DNA of 63,179 nucleotides, counting the filler. It is 5 parts of 5 records of this genome, joined end to end, with 100 filler letters (N's around TTAATTAATTAA, not from the genome) between each part and the next. Parts side by side here need not be neighbours in the genome. Positions count along the whole stretch, not along the records: positions 31,214 to 40,905 come from SRR31147125_905; positions 41,006 to 49,253 come from SRR31147125_912; positions 49,354 to 63,179 come from SRR31147125_913; 2 more parts are not named here. The stretch is one strand, 5' to 3'. The notes beneath the pieces are model-generated. The model saw only the letters and a program-made list of their open reading frames with translations. It did no database searches and was not told the origin of the DNA. Shown here piece by piece: positions 39,484-50,698 of this stretch. Every line of letters starts with the position of its first letter. The first letter of the stretch is position 1. The translations under genes were made by a program, and so were the position numbers.

Positions 39484-40905
39484 ATGGATGACAAACTTTT
39501 AAAATACTATAATCAGGAACTACGTTATCTGCGGGAACTCGGAGGTGAGTTCGCCCGTGAATACCCAAAGGTTGCCGGACGACTTGGGCTGGATTCTTAT
39601 AACTGTTCCGACCCGTTTGTCGAACGACTGCTGGAAGGTTTCTCCTTCATGAGCGCCCGGGTGAATTATCAGATAGATGCCTCTATTCCACGTGTGGCAG
39701 AATCAATTCTTTCTGTAGTCTACCCTGACAGTCTCACTCAGACTCCCGCCATGTTTATTGCTGATTTCACTCCTGACATGCAGGAAGGGTCACTTGTCAA
39801 TGGCTATACAATTCCTGCAGGTACTGTACTCAAGTCAAATATCGGTAAGGATGAAGTCACCCCCTGTAAATTCACTACCACGGCTGACACGACCCTCTAC
39901 CCCTTGCAGATAACGTCGGCAAATTATCAGAGCAGAGGACTCGGCGAAACAGGCATCAATATAGATATGAAAAATACCAAAGCGATGCTCCGCCTGACTC
40001 TGAGCAGTGCTGGTGAATTCGAAATTGCTGAAATAGAACTCGATAACCTCAGATTTTTTCTTAGAGGCTCTGAAGGTCTACCGATGCTCCTCTTCGAATT
40101 ACTACTCAGCAAGTGCAGCAGTATATGGATGAAGGGTTCTGCAAAAGGACAGGAGTGGCAGAGAGTCACCGACAGCAGCATAACCCCGGCAGGGCTGGAA
40201 AAAGAGGAAGCGCTTTTTCCTGTTTCGTCATATGCTATGCAGAGCTATAGGATGCTACGGGAATATTTCAGCTTTTACCAGAAATTTATGTTTATCAATA
40301 TTTCAAATCTCAAAAAATATCTCAAACGTACAGCAGGAGATGAAGTCGAGCTTGCCTTCCTTTTTGAAACAAATTTCACCGAACTTGAAAAAAATGTCAG
40401 TGACAATAATTTTTCTCTCTATGCCACTCCTACTATCAATCTATTCAGGCATCGCTGTGATATGCTGGTGCTGGAGGATACCAAAACCGAGTATCAGGTA
40501 ATACCTGATAGAACCAGAGCAATTGATTATGAGATTTATGACATTACCAAAGTCACAGGTTTTGACAGTTCAATGAGCAACAAAAAAGAATTCAGAGCGT
40601 TTTATGCCAGTGCAGATGATGCAGACTCGGAGAGTAGCGAGGCTTATTATACTGTTCACCGGAAAGACCGCATACTTACAGATATGGAAAATATCTATGG
40701 TAAGAGCAGCAGCTATATCGGTAGCGATACTTACCTTTCCTTTGTAGATGCTGAAAGAGAAAACTATTTTACAGATACGCACTTCGTCTCACTTGAAGCG
40801 CTCTGCTCAAACAGAGGATTACCGATACAGATGTCACGTAGCTTCAATCTTGCGGGATTCAGTCTGGAAGAAGGGATGCCTGTCAAAAACATCACTTGCA
40901 TTCAT
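39484..40905 (+). CDS. tssF: T6SS baseplate TssF (3' truncated)
   Basis: YYNQELRYLRELG.EFA..YPKVA.RL...DPFVERLLEGF. Confidence 0.92.
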
Positions 40906-41005
40906 NNNNNNNNNNNNNNNNNNNNNNNNNNNNNNNNNNNNNNNNNNNNTTAATTAATTAANNNNNNNNNNNNNNNNNNNNNNNNNNNNNNNNNNNNNNN
41001 NNNNN
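40906..41005. other. Artificial contig linker
   Basis: N-run/TTAATTAATTAA/N-run. Confidence 0.98.
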
Positions 41006-41201
41006 AAAAAGCAAACTCTATTCGATTGGCGGAGGAACGTATGCTAGAGCATTTAACAATTGTGTATGCTTTGGAGCAGTTTATCCAGATGAAAAGTTGA
41101 CTGTTCATATGCCAAATGAAAGAGCAAAAAAAAGTAATATTGTTTTGAATACGACAATGTATTCGCTTGCAATATATAAACTAACTAAGTGAGGTAAAAC
41201 G

Positions 41202-42863
41202 ATGAAAAAATTTAACAAAGCTTTATGCGTTGTGCTTTCTCTAATACTTGCTTTAAGCATGTTTGTTGCATGTGGATCAAGTGAAGAGAGTGCTACTGTG
41301 CAAGAAGCAGAAACAAGTGAAGAAACACCAACAGTAGTAGAAGAAACTGTTCTAAATACTACATGTACTACTACACCAGAATATTTGGACACAGCACGTG
41401 GTTCAGGGGAAAATGATCATATGATATTTGTAAATACATATGAAACGCTAGTTGTTCCAAGCGAAGTAGATGGCAGTGCAGAAGCATTTTTGGCTACTGA
41501 GTGGTCAAACTCTGAAGATTCATTGACATGGACATTTAAACTACGTGAAGATGTAACATTTAGCGATGGTTCACCGCTTACAGCATCAGACGTAAAGTAT
41601 AGTATGGACAGATTGATTGCAATTGGCGAAGGTCACTCAAATATCTTTAGTGGTGTTGTTAGCGAAGTAAATGTTATTGATGACTACACTGTTGATTTTG
41701 TTTTAACTAAAGCGTTTGGACCTTTTGTAAATGCACTTACTGTTTTGTACATCATTAATGAAGATGTTGCACTAGAAAACACATTAAGCGAAGGGTCTTA
41801 TGGAGAAAATGGAGATTATGCAACAGGATATTTGTTGGATAACGCAGCTGGATCTGGTCCTTATGTAGTAGAAGATTTCTTGGTTCATGAATCTATTACT
41901 TTGGCTAAAAACGAAAACTACTGGGGTGAAATTAGTGAAGACGCACCTGATAAAGTTCACACTATTGAGCTAATCGAAGCTGCTTCAACAAAAATGTTAT
42001 TAACAAATGGCGAAGTGGATATGGTTCATGGTCGTCAAGAAAACACAACTTTAGTTGCTCTAACAGAAAATGAAAATATTGAATATGCAGACACTTATGA
42101 AATGGGTCTAAACTATTTTATGATAAATACTAAAGTAGCTCCAACAGATGATATTAATATAAGAAAAGCAATTTCATATGCTACTGATCGTACAACAATG
42201 AGTGCTGTATATGGTGATGCACCAGTTACAGAAGGTTTAGTACCTTTCTCATTATGGGGTTATTCAGATAATATCACAAAATATGACTATGACCTTGATG
42301 CTGCAAAAGAGGCGATTGCTGAATCTGCTTATGCAGATACTTTGGCGGACTATCCAATTACTATTCACTCAATCGAAGGTAATGGAGATACAAACAAGCT
42401 AGTTATGCTTCTTGCTGAATCTCTACAATCACTAGGATTCGCTGTGCAAATTGAAGAAGTGCCTTGGGTATTATTTTCAAATAACGCTGCATCAATTGAG
42501 ACAAGCCCAAATATTACAAACTTGTTTGCAAGCGCTGCATATCCAGAAGCTGGATCATTGCTTGAGCTAAAATATGCTTCTTATACTCAAGGTGGTTGGA
42601 ACCAAAATGAGTGGTTGGGTGATGAAAACTTCGATGCTATGATTACTGAGGCGTTGGAAATCAGCGACCCAGATGCACGTTTAGCTAAATATGAAGAAAT
42701 TCAACAATATTTAACAGAAGAAGTTGTTCCGTCCGTGAGTCCTTTTATGAGTGTTGTAAAACCAATTTTCAACACTGATAGTTTCAGCTCACCTATGACA
42801 GAAGGAAACATTCATCCTTCATTACAACATAACTTCTATTATGCAGATTATTCAATGAAATAA
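41202..42863 (+). CDS. ABC transporter substrate-binding lipoprotein, family 5 (peptide/nickel)
   Basis: Lipobox FVAC; WTFKLREDVTFSDGSPLTASDVKYS; GSGPY. Confidence 0.92.
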   Translation: MKKFNKALCVVLSLILALSMFVACGSSEESATVQEAETSEETPTVVEETVLNTTCTTTPEYLDTARGSGENDHMIFVNTYETLVVPSEVDGSAEAFLATEWSNSEDSLTWTFKLREDVTFSDGSPLTASDVKYSMDRLIAIGEGHSNIFSGVVSEVNVIDDYTVDFVLTKAFGPFVNALTVLYIINEDVALENTLSEGSYGENGDYATGYLLDNAAGSGPYVVEDFLVHESITLAKNENYWGEISEDAPDKVHTIELIEAASTKMLLTNGEVDMVHGRQENTTLVALTENENIEYADTYEMGLNYFMINTKVAPTDDINIRKAISYATDRTTMSAVYGDAPVTEGLVPFSLWGYSDNITKYDYDLDAAKEAIAESAYADTLADYPITIHSIEGNGDTNKLVMLLAESLQSLGFAVQIEEVPWVLFSNNAASIETSPNITNLFASAAYPEAGSLLELKYASYTQGGWNQNEWLGDENFDAMITEALEISDPDARLAKYEEIQQYLTEEVVPSVSPFMSVVKPIFNTDSFSSPMTEGNIHPSLQHNFYYADYSMK

Positions 42864-42898
42864 ATTTGATGTAAACTGTAAAGGTTATATACATATTG

Positions 42899-42926
42899 AA
42901 CTAGGGCGTGAATTGACGCCCTAGTT
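42899..42926 (+). terminator. Stem-loop after the SBP gene
   Basis: AACTAGGGCGT..ACGCCCTAGTT. Confidence 0.65.
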
Positions 42927-43018
42927 ATTAATAAAGCAAACATCAGAGTGTTAACAAAATCAAATAGATATCATTTGATTTTGTGAGCACTCTGTCAAAA
43001 ATATTGAGTGAGGATAAA

Positions 43019-44041
43019 ATGAAAAATATAAGTTTAAGTATATTAAAAAGATTAGCACACATGATATTTTTACTACTGTTGCTATCGTTGATTGTTTTTT
43101 CATTTATTCGTATGATACCAGGAGATCCTGTTAGAGCATCTATGGGGGCAATGACATCAGACGAAACTATTGAAAGAATGAGAAGTGAACTGAATTTTGA
43201 TAAGCCAGTAGTTGTACAATGGGCGTTTTGGGTAAAAGGAATAATTACTGAACGAGATTTTGGTCAGTCGCTATATACAAAGCATGCTGTTGCGCAGGAT
43301 CTTGCACTATATCTTCCAAGAAGCATAGAACTTGCAGCCTATTCTGCTCTGTTGATATTGGTTTTAGGGGTGTTGTTTGGCACGATTTCAGCCGTTTTTA
43401 AGAATACTTGGATAGATAATGTCATAAGGTTTTTTTCATACCTTGGTGTTGTTACACCACCATATGCGTTTGCAATTATGTTTTTATTGATATTTTCTTA
43501 TGGGCTTGGATGGTTCCCGATTGGAGGAACACCTACAATCGATGACTCGATTACGAGAACAGGGATTATGGGTTTGGATGCGCTTTTGGCCGGAGATTTT
43601 GCATTATATGGTGAAGTTGTGAGGAGTTTATTTTTACCATGTCTTAGTTTGTCTATTGCAAGCGTTGCATATCAAACCAGAATACATCGTTCTGCTATGG
43701 TGGAGAACATAAATGCAGAATATATTGCTTTTGCAGAAGTTGCTGGTGTCAGCAAAGGAAGGCTTGTAGCAAAGCATCTAATGAAACCTTCTTTTATTCC
43801 AACATTTACGGTATATGGGTTACAAGTTGCATCTTTGCTTGGTAATGCATTTATTATTGAACTTATCTATCGTTATAATGGATTTTCACAATATAGTTTA
43901 AATGTAATCTTAAACAAAGACCCTTATGGAATTGTTGCAGTTACTTTGGTTTTTGGTATAGTTTTTGCTATTGCAAATATGGTAATAGACTTTGGTGTTT
44001 CTTTGTTAGATCCAAGAATCCGTTTAAAAGGAGGCAATTAG
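43019..44041 (+). CDS. ABC permease (DppB/OppB-like)
   Basis: IPGDP, DFGQS, EAA-like loop, LLDPRI. Confidence 0.9.
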   Translation: MKNISLSILKRLAHMIFLLLLLSLIVFSFIRMIPGDPVRASMGAMTSDETIERMRSELNFDKPVVVQWAFWVKGIITERDFGQSLYTKHAVAQDLALYLPRSIELAAYSALLILVLGVLFGTISAVFKNTWIDNVIRFFSYLGVVTPPYAFAIMFLLIFSYGLGWFPIGGTPTIDDSITRTGIMGLDALLAGDFALYGEVVRSLFLPCLSLSIASVAYQTRIHRSAMVENINAEYIAFAEVAGVSKGRLVAKHLMKPSFIPTFTVYGLQVASLLGNAFIIELIYRYNGFSQYSLNVILNKDPYGIVAVTLVFGIVFAIANMVIDFGVSLLDPRIRLKGGN

Positions 44042-44042
44042 T

Positions 44043-44918
44043 ATGAGTAATACAAAAAACAAGCCAAGGCTAGAGAACTTTAGGAAAAGTTGGTATAAAT
44101 TCTCTAGAAATCCGATGTCAATATTAGGTTTAGTGCTCGTAATTGCTGTAATATTGATAACTGTTTTTGCAAAATCGCTTGCTCCTTATCCAGATGCGGA
44201 TGGGTTAACCACAGACATGATGAATGCTTTTAAGGCACCATCGAGTGAGCACTTAGCAGGAACTGATGAGTATGGTAGAGATGTTTTTAGTAGAATACTT
44301 ATTGGTCTTAGACCATCTATGAGTATTGGGTTAATGGTTCTTACTATAGCTGTTCCGTTTGGCGTTTTGCTGGGATTAATCGCAGGCTTTTTTAAAGGTA
44401 TGTTTATTGACACTTTTATTATGAGGTTTACAGAGCTTTTTATGGCAGTACCTCCGTTAATCTTGGCTATGGTAGTATGTACTATGTTTATAAATAACTA
44501 TACATACGCTGCATTAGGTATAGCTATTGCTTGGTGGCCTTGGTATACTCGTTTAACATATAACCTTGTTGTATCACTTACTAATGAGCTTTTTATTGTT
44601 TATACAGAGCTTACTGGAGTTAATGTGTGGAGAGTTTTAATAAGTGAAATTCTGCCAAATACAACTTCGTCAATTATCACAAAGATGAGCCTTGATATGG
44701 GTAGTATTATAATTGTTGCTTCAAGTATGAGCTTTGTTGGTTTAGGTGTACAACCTCCAACACCATCTCTTGGTTCGATGGTTTCTGAAGGTATTCCATA
44801 TCTTCCAGAGTTTTGGTGGCTTACTGTAATGCCAGCACTTATGGTCGTGATTATTGTTATGGGTTTTAACCTTTTGGGTGATGGTTTAAATGATGTATTT
44901 AATGTGGAGGATAAGTAA
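44043..44918 (+). CDS. ABC permease (DppC/OppC-like)
   Basis: GTDEYGRDVFSR, GLGVQPPTPSLG, FNLLGDGL. Confidence 0.9.
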   Translation: MSNTKNKPRLENFRKSWYKFSRNPMSILGLVLVIAVILITVFAKSLAPYPDADGLTTDMMNAFKAPSSEHLAGTDEYGRDVFSRILIGLRPSMSIGLMVLTIAVPFGVLLGLIAGFFKGMFIDTFIMRFTELFMAVPPLILAMVVCTMFINNYTYAALGIAIAWWPWYTRLTYNLVVSLTNELFIVYTELTGVNVWRVLISEILPNTTSSIITKMSLDMGSIIIVASSMSFVGLGVQPPTPSLGSMVSEGIPYLPEFWWLTVMPALMVVIIVMGFNLLGDGLNDVFNVEDK

Positions 44919-45893
44919 ATGGCTGGAAATTACGCATTAGAGATAAATAATTTATCAGTATCTTTTAAGGTTTATGAAGGAAAACTTGATATAATATCTG
45001 ATTTATCGTTATATGTAAAACAAGGTGAGCGAGTAGGAATAATAGGAGAAGCTGGGTGTGGAAAAACAACTGTTTTAAAAGCAACAACTTCTGTTTTAAG
45101 AATGCCACCTGCGATAATAAAAAAAGATGATATTCTTGTATGTGGTACCAGTATTAATGGTCGTAAGGGTATTAAGAATCAAAGAAAAAATATTTCAATG
45201 ATATTCCAAGATCCGTCTACATCGTTGAATCCTACTTTAAAAATAAAAACGCAGATGAAAGATATACTAAAGAGTCAGTTTCCAAAGTATTCTAAGTCGA
45301 AATATGAAAATATGATGTTAGAAGCATTAAGGATGGTATCTATGCCTGCTCCAGAGCGTGTTTTAGGGAGTTATCCTATACAGCTATCAGGTGGTATGCG
45401 GCAAAGGGTCTGTATAGCGATGGCGCTTATGAAAGATACTTCTTTAATAATAGCAGATGAACCAACAACTGCTTTGGATGTTACGATAGAAGAACAAATA
45501 TTAGACTTGCTTAATAATATGGTATCTGAGCAAAAAAAGTCATTAATATTAGTAAGCCATGCACTTGGTGCTGTAAAAAAGATTACTGATAGAGTGTATG
45601 TAATGTATGCAGGTAATATTATTGAGACGGGTGATACAATGGATGTTTTTGAAAATCCAAAACATCCATATACAATAGGGTTACTTGCAGCTACACCTAG
45701 ACTTACTGGAGAAGGGATTTCTGATGGGATTGCTGGTGACATACCAAGTTATCTTAACCCTCCAAAGGGATGTAGGTTTTCTGATAGATGTTCTTTTGCA
45801 AAAGATATTTGCATGCAGACTTCACCACAGTTAAAAGAAGATGAGGATAAACCATCGCATTTGTGCGCATGTCATTTTCCACAAGGAGTTTAA
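44919..45893 (+). CDS. ABC ATPase (DppD/OppD-like)
   Basis: GEAGCGKT, LSGGMRQR, ADEPTTALD, HPYT, GCRF..RC. Confidence 0.92.
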   Translation: MAGNYALEINNLSVSFKVYEGKLDIISDLSLYVKQGERVGIIGEAGCGKTTVLKATTSVLRMPPAIIKKDDILVCGTSINGRKGIKNQRKNISMIFQDPSTSLNPTLKIKTQMKDILKSQFPKYSKSKYENMMLEALRMVSMPAPERVLGSYPIQLSGGMRQRVCIAMALMKDTSLIIADEPTTALDVTIEEQILDLLNNMVSEQKKSLILVSHALGAVKKITDRVYVMYAGNIIETGDTMDVFENPKHPYTIGLLAATPRLTGEGISDGIAGDIPSYLNPPKGCRFSDRCSFAKDICMQTSPQLKEDEDKPSHLCACHFPQGV

Positions 45894-45897
45894 CAAT

Positions 45898-46872
45898 ATG
45901 AGCGAAAAAAACATGATTGAAGTAAAAAACCTAAACAAAGTGTTTAAGACACAATTTGGAGATTTGGTTGCGGTTGATAACGTTAGTTTTAATATAAAAA
46001 AAGGTGAGATTTTTGGGTTGGTTGGAGAGTCTGGTTCTGGGAAATCTACAATTGGATCCATGATATCTGGGATATATCCACCTACATCTGGAAATATAAC
46101 TTTCCGTGATGATAATGGGAGTCATGATATTAATATTAGCAGTAAATATAGAAATAAAGGTCTAAAGAGACAGATACAAATGGTTTTTCAGGATCCAGGT
46201 GGATCGCTTAATCCGAGAAAGACTATTAAACACATAATATCTGTTCCTATTGAGCTTTATCAGGGGAAAAAATTAAGCAATAATGAACGTGATGAAAAAA
46301 TAAAAGAAATATTGCAAAGTGTTGAGATTCCTGAGAGCTATTTAGATAAATATCCGAAAACTATTGGTGGTGGAGAAAAGCAGCTAGTATGTGTTGCAAG
46401 GGCACTTGCAGTTAATCCAGATTTTATAGTTTTGGATGAGCCAACATCTGCACTTGATGTTTCCATCCAAGCAAAAATAACTAATAAACTTATAGAACTT
46501 CAAAAGGAGTATGATTTATCATATCTGTTTATAACACATAATTTATGCTTGGTTCGTAATATATGTCATCGCTTAGCTGTTATGTATCTTGGGAATATTG
46601 TGGAATATGGTGACACAAAGGACTTTTTTGAAAATCCGCAGCATCCGTATACAAAAATGCTGTTATCGTCAATTCCTGTATTAAGTAAAGAAGAAGAGGA
46701 ATTTATTCCGGAAAAGATAAAATCTATTGGGGAAATACCAAGTCCGCTTAATAAGCCAAAAGGTTGTCCTTTTCATCCTAGATGCCCGTTTAAGATAGAT
46801 ATATGTACTGAAAAAGTACCAGAGATGAAAGAGGTATCGGAAGGTCATTTTGCAAGTTGCCATTGTATATAA
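45898..46872 (+). CDS. ABC ATPase (DppF/OppF-like)
   Basis: GESGSGKS, DEPTSALD, HPYT, GCPFHPRC. Confidence 0.92.
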   Translation: MSEKNMIEVKNLNKVFKTQFGDLVAVDNVSFNIKKGEIFGLVGESGSGKSTIGSMISGIYPPTSGNITFRDDNGSHDINISSKYRNKGLKRQIQMVFQDPGGSLNPRKTIKHIISVPIELYQGKKLSNNERDEKIKEILQSVEIPESYLDKYPKTIGGGEKQLVCVARALAVNPDFIVLDEPTSALDVSIQAKITNKLIELQKEYDLSYLFITHNLCLVRNICHRLAVMYLGNIVEYGDTKDFFENPQHPYTKMLLSSIPVLSKEEEEFIPEKIKSIGEIPSPLNKPKGCPFHPRCPFKIDICTEKVPEMKEVSEGHFASCHCI

Positions 46873-46951
46873 TAAGATATTTTATATGAATTATAATAAA
46901 GATGTTTGTTTATGTTATTAATGTTAGTAAGTTTATTAAAGGAGATAACGA

Positions 46952-47290
46952 TTGAATAAAAAAGACAGTTTTTTTCTGTATGATCTAAAGGTTGAAGTTA
47001 TAAAAAGTGATAAGCCGATGGTGTGTAAACATAAAGTTGGAGATTATTTTTTAGTTATTGGGGAGGATATTGTTTTTCCGCAGACTAATAGATTTTCGAT
47101 GTACTCGCTTAGTGCATTATTGCCGTTACTACCTGCTAAACAAAGGGAGTTGCATAAAAATGATTGGATGTTAAGTGATTGTGTGATTGCATGCCCTGAC
47201 CCTAATTGCGGTGGGCAATTTAAGATAACAAGAATAGAAAAAAGAGAATTTAGCCACTCTGAATGCACTGTGGTTGAAATAGCAAAATGA
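46952..47290 (+). CDS. TIGR04076-like Cys-containing protein
   Basis: LYDLKVEV...C.H..GDYF...FSMYSL.ALLPLLPAKQR...DWM..ACPDPNCG. Confidence 0.75.
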   Translation: MNKKDSFFLYDLKVEVIKSDKPMVCKHKVGDYFLVIGEDIVFPQTNRFSMYSLSALLPLLPAKQRELHKNDWMLSDCVIACPDPNCGGQFKITRIEKREFSHSECTVVEIAK

Positions 47291-47302
47291 GAAGAGAGAT
47301 AG

Positions 47303-48358
47303 ATGAGCGTAGAAAGATATAGTATTACAAAAGATTATAGTATAAGCAGGGTAATTAATGGTTGTTGGCAACTTTCAGAAGGACATAGTCTTGGAAAGCC
47401 TTTGGATTATAAAGATATTATGTGTGCTTTTACAGAGCTTGTAGAGTGTGGTTTTACAACTTTTGATTGTGCTGATATTTATACTGGAGCAGAGGACTTT
47501 TTAGGAGAGTTTGTAAACGAGCTTAAAACGCATAGTACTCTAAGTCCACAAGATATACAAATCCATACGAAGTATGTTCCAGACATTAGTATGTTGAAAA
47601 ATCTTACATTTAAAGATACGGAAAAAATTATTGATAGAAGTCTTAAAAAATTGAACAGAGATGTTTTGGATATTGTTCAATTTCATTGGTGGGATTATGA
47701 TGTTGAAGGTTGCGAAAAAACTGCTCTGGATTTAAACAAATTAAAGAAAAAAGGCAAGATTAGAAATATTGCTGTTACTAATTTTGATGAAGAAAACCTT
47801 TCTAAAATTCTTGATGCTGGCGTTAAGGTTGTTTCCTGTCAAAGTCAGTACTCGGTTTTGGATAGACGAACAGAAAAAGGGTTTAATGATTTTTGTGTAA
47901 AGAATAATATTGCGCAAATTTGTTACGGTACAATTGCAGGTGGGCTCGTGAGTGAAAAATTCATGGGTATAGAAAGACCAGACAAGCCAGATAACAGATC
48001 TCAAGTTAAATATATGCAAATTATTGATGAAGCTTTTAGTTGGGGTGGATTTCAAAGCTTGTTAAAACTATTAAATGGGATTGCAATTAAATATGATGTT
48101 TCAATAGCAAATATAGCTTCTAAGTATATATTGTCAAAAGAAGTTGTTGGAGCTGTTATTATTGGAACAAGAAGCAGCAGACATGTACAAGCAAATAAAA
48201 AAATATTTAGCTTTAATTTAGAAGCTTGTGACATTACAAAGATAGATGAATTTTTAATGAAATGTCCAATATTAGAGGGAAAACCGTTTGAATTAGAAAG
48301 AACCGATGGTTCGATATTTAGAAAAATTATGAAAATGAATTTAAACAGAGAAGATTAA
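47303..48358 (+). CDS. Aldo/keto reductase
   Basis: GCWQL, FDCADIY, HTKYVPD, LDIVQFHWWD. Confidence 0.9.
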   Translation: MSVERYSITKDYSISRVINGCWQLSEGHSLGKPLDYKDIMCAFTELVECGFTTFDCADIYTGAEDFLGEFVNELKTHSTLSPQDIQIHTKYVPDISMLKNLTFKDTEKIIDRSLKKLNRDVLDIVQFHWWDYDVEGCEKTALDLNKLKKKGKIRNIAVTNFDEENLSKILDAGVKVVSCQSQYSVLDRRTEKGFNDFCVKNNIAQICYGTIAGGLVSEKFMGIERPDKPDNRSQVKYMQIIDEAFSWGGFQSLLKLLNGIAIKYDVSIANIASKYILSKEVVGAVIIGTRSSRHVQANKKIFSFNLEACDITKIDEFLMKCPILEGKPFELERTDGSIFRKIMKMNLNRED

Positions 48359-48588
48359 AGAATCATGTATCCAATCAAATAGAACTCGTTAGATTATTAA
48401 TCAAAGGTTTGTATTTAGTTGATAGAAAAGAAAGATTATTACATAGTAAACACGAGATTTTTCTTGCTAAATGGCGAAATATTTTTTACAATAGTAAAGC
48501 AAGAATGTTATTGAGTGAGCGGTTTCTATATAGAATCTATTTTTTTTGTGTACATAAACAGGTTGTCGTTCATGGGAGCGCGAGTAAG

Positions 48589-49253
48589 ATGAGAATTAGG
48601 CAAATTTTTAAAATGCTAAAGAGGCAATATCAGAAATATCCTAATCTTAAAATAGAGGATATGTTAAAAATGATATACCAAAGTGAATTTGGACCTGGAC
48701 ATTTTATTACAGATACTGATGCATGTCTAGAGATGCTTAAGAAAGAAGTTGAAATCTGTAGAAAACAAGAGACAGGTGAGTTTATTGAATTTATCGGCAA
48801 TGGATTTGGCAGGGTACATTTAGGGTTACTAGATGAATATGGTCTTAGTATTGAAACTATATTCAAAATGTTCCTATTATCTGCTGAGAAATCATACAGC
48901 AATACAGTTGTTTTTCGTAGCAAGTTGAGATGTTTTGAATTAATGTGTGGATTGCGAATACTTCCATTTAATAAAAAAGATGTTCATAGAAAGCTAATTG
49001 GCTATAAGTGTAGTGGATATACAGCTCTGCATCATACAGATGAATTTAAGAGGGAATACTCTCCAGCATATCGTGTAATCAGCAGAGAGTTATGTGATCT
49101 GATGCCCTTGCTTTGTAATATTGACGGTTTGCTTTTAAAGAAAAACAGAGTAATCGTTGCAATCGATGGTCACTGTGCAGCGGGAAAGACAACACTGACA
49201 GATATTTTATCAAAGATATATGATTGTAATGTGTTTCATATGGACAGCTTTTT
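48589..49253 (+). CDS. Uridine kinase-like protein with N-terminal domain (3' truncated)
   Basis: YQSEFGPGH, HH...Y.PAYRV, AIDGHCAAGKTT, FHMDSF. Confidence 0.7.
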
Positions 49254-49353
49254 NNNNNNNNNNNNNNNNNNNNNNNNNNNNNNNNNNNNNNNNNNNNTTA
49301 ATTAATTAANNNNNNNNNNNNNNNNNNNNNNNNNNNNNNNNNNNNNNNNNNNN
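49254..49353. other. Artificial contig linker
   Basis: N-run/TTAATTAATTAA/N-run. Confidence 0.98.
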
Positions 49354-49357
49354 TTTT

Positions 49358-50563
49358 TTATTTAAAAGGAGTTCTTTCTAAAGGCATAGTCATACATCTT
49401 GGTCCACCTCTACCACGTGATAATTCACTTGATGGGATACGGATAACTTTGATGCCATGTTCTTCTAATTTTTTATTGGTTAAATCATTTCTTTCATAGG
49501 CGACAACAACACCTGGTTTAATAGCAAATACATTTGCCCCATCATTCCATTGTTCACGGTCTGCAGACAGAAGATTGTTACCACCACAAGCGATCATTTT
49601 GACATCAATCAGTAGATTTTCACTCAAACACTTTTTAAGTGTTTTTTTATTTTCTTTGATTCTTAAGCCATTTTTTGTCTTAAATAGCTCATAAATGCTT
49701 AATTCTTTTAAAAAATCAGGATGAATTAAGAATTTATCTTTATCAAGTTGAGTTAACACGGTATCGAGATGCATAAATGTTCTTTTCTTTGGTAAAAGCA
49801 CAGCAAGAACCATGGTTATATCACTTGTTTCAAACAGGTTTTTAGCTAACTTTTCAATGGCTTCAGGTTCAGTGCGTTCACTCATACCAACAAGCAGCAA
49901 TTGGTTGTTAATATTAAGAATATCTCCACCCTCGAGTGCATATGATTCACTGCGATCATAACTTACTTTCAAGTGTTTGAAACGAGGATGATACATGTGA
50001 ATATATTTTGCATATAATGATTCACGCTTTCTTGCTTTTTTAAACATTGCATGAATACTGATGGTTTGATGAATCACTGTAAAAGGATCTCTAGTGAAGT
50101 ATAAATTAGGCATTGGATCAGTGATAAATGGGTAGTTACGGATATAATCTTTTAAGCGGGTTTTATGATAAGGTTTTAGGTCGTTTTTAAGGATACCTGC
50201 TATCGTTTTTTCTACCATTTGCATCGTTGATAAACTATATAAGTATTTTTTTACTTTTTTTCTTAAATTTTGATTATAAATCATGGATTCATCTAAGAAA
50301 TCTAAAATAAAATCTGATTTAATTTCTTCATTTGATAAAGCTTCAGCAACTAAGTCTACTAGCTTAATAACTTCGATACCTTCATCTCTTAAAGTTTGCT
50401 GGAAAATTTGGTGTTCTTCCTTTGCTTTCTTTAACCAAGGAATATCATCAAATAACAAATCATCTAACCAATCAGGGGTTAAATGTAATAATTCATTCCC
50501 TGGTTCATGTACACAAACAGTTTTTAACTCACCTATTTCTGAATCTACATTTAATCTTGACAT
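49358..50563 (-). CDS. arcA: Arginine deiminase
   Basis: SEIGEL, LLFDD, PMPNLYFTRD, EGGD, MHLDT, ELSRGRGGPRCMTMP. Confidence 0.95.
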   Translation of the reverse strand: MSRLNVDSEIGELKTVCVHEPGNELLHLTPDWLDDLLFDDIPWLKKAKEEHQIFQQTLRDEGIEVIKLVDLVAEALSNEEIKSDFILDFLDESMIYNQNLRKKVKKYLYSLSTMQMVEKTIAGILKNDLKPYHKTRLKDYIRNYPFITDPMPNLYFTRDPFTVIHQTISIHAMFKKARKRESLYAKYIHMYHPRFKHLKVSYDRSESYALEGGDILNINNQLLLVGMSERTEPEAIEKLAKNLFETSDITMVLAVLLPKKRTFMHLDTVLTQLDKDKFLIHPDFLKELSIYELFKTKNGLRIKENKKTLKKCLSENLLIDVKMIACGGNNLLSADREQWNDGANVFAIKPGVVVAYERNDLTNKKLEEHGIKVIRIPSSELSRGRGGPRCMTMPLERTPFK

Positions 50564-50698
50564 AATTAATCCTCCAATAATCATATTATAACATAGCTAA
50601 AACAAGTAAAAAACGATTATAGTTTATTAAAGTTTTTGGTTTTTCTATAAAAAGATGTATAATAATAATTCCCACACATAATATTGGAGATGATATAA

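Noticed and set aside
20284-49353. Apparent co-location of phages, T6SS, ABC transporter and starch locus; recurring TTAATTAATTAA
   Set aside because: Four identical 100-nt N linkers and composition shifts show concatenated contigs, so no cross-contig system can be inferred
49358-50563. Orphan arcA without arcB/arcC
   Set aside because: The contig ends right after the stop codon, so downstream genes are unobservable
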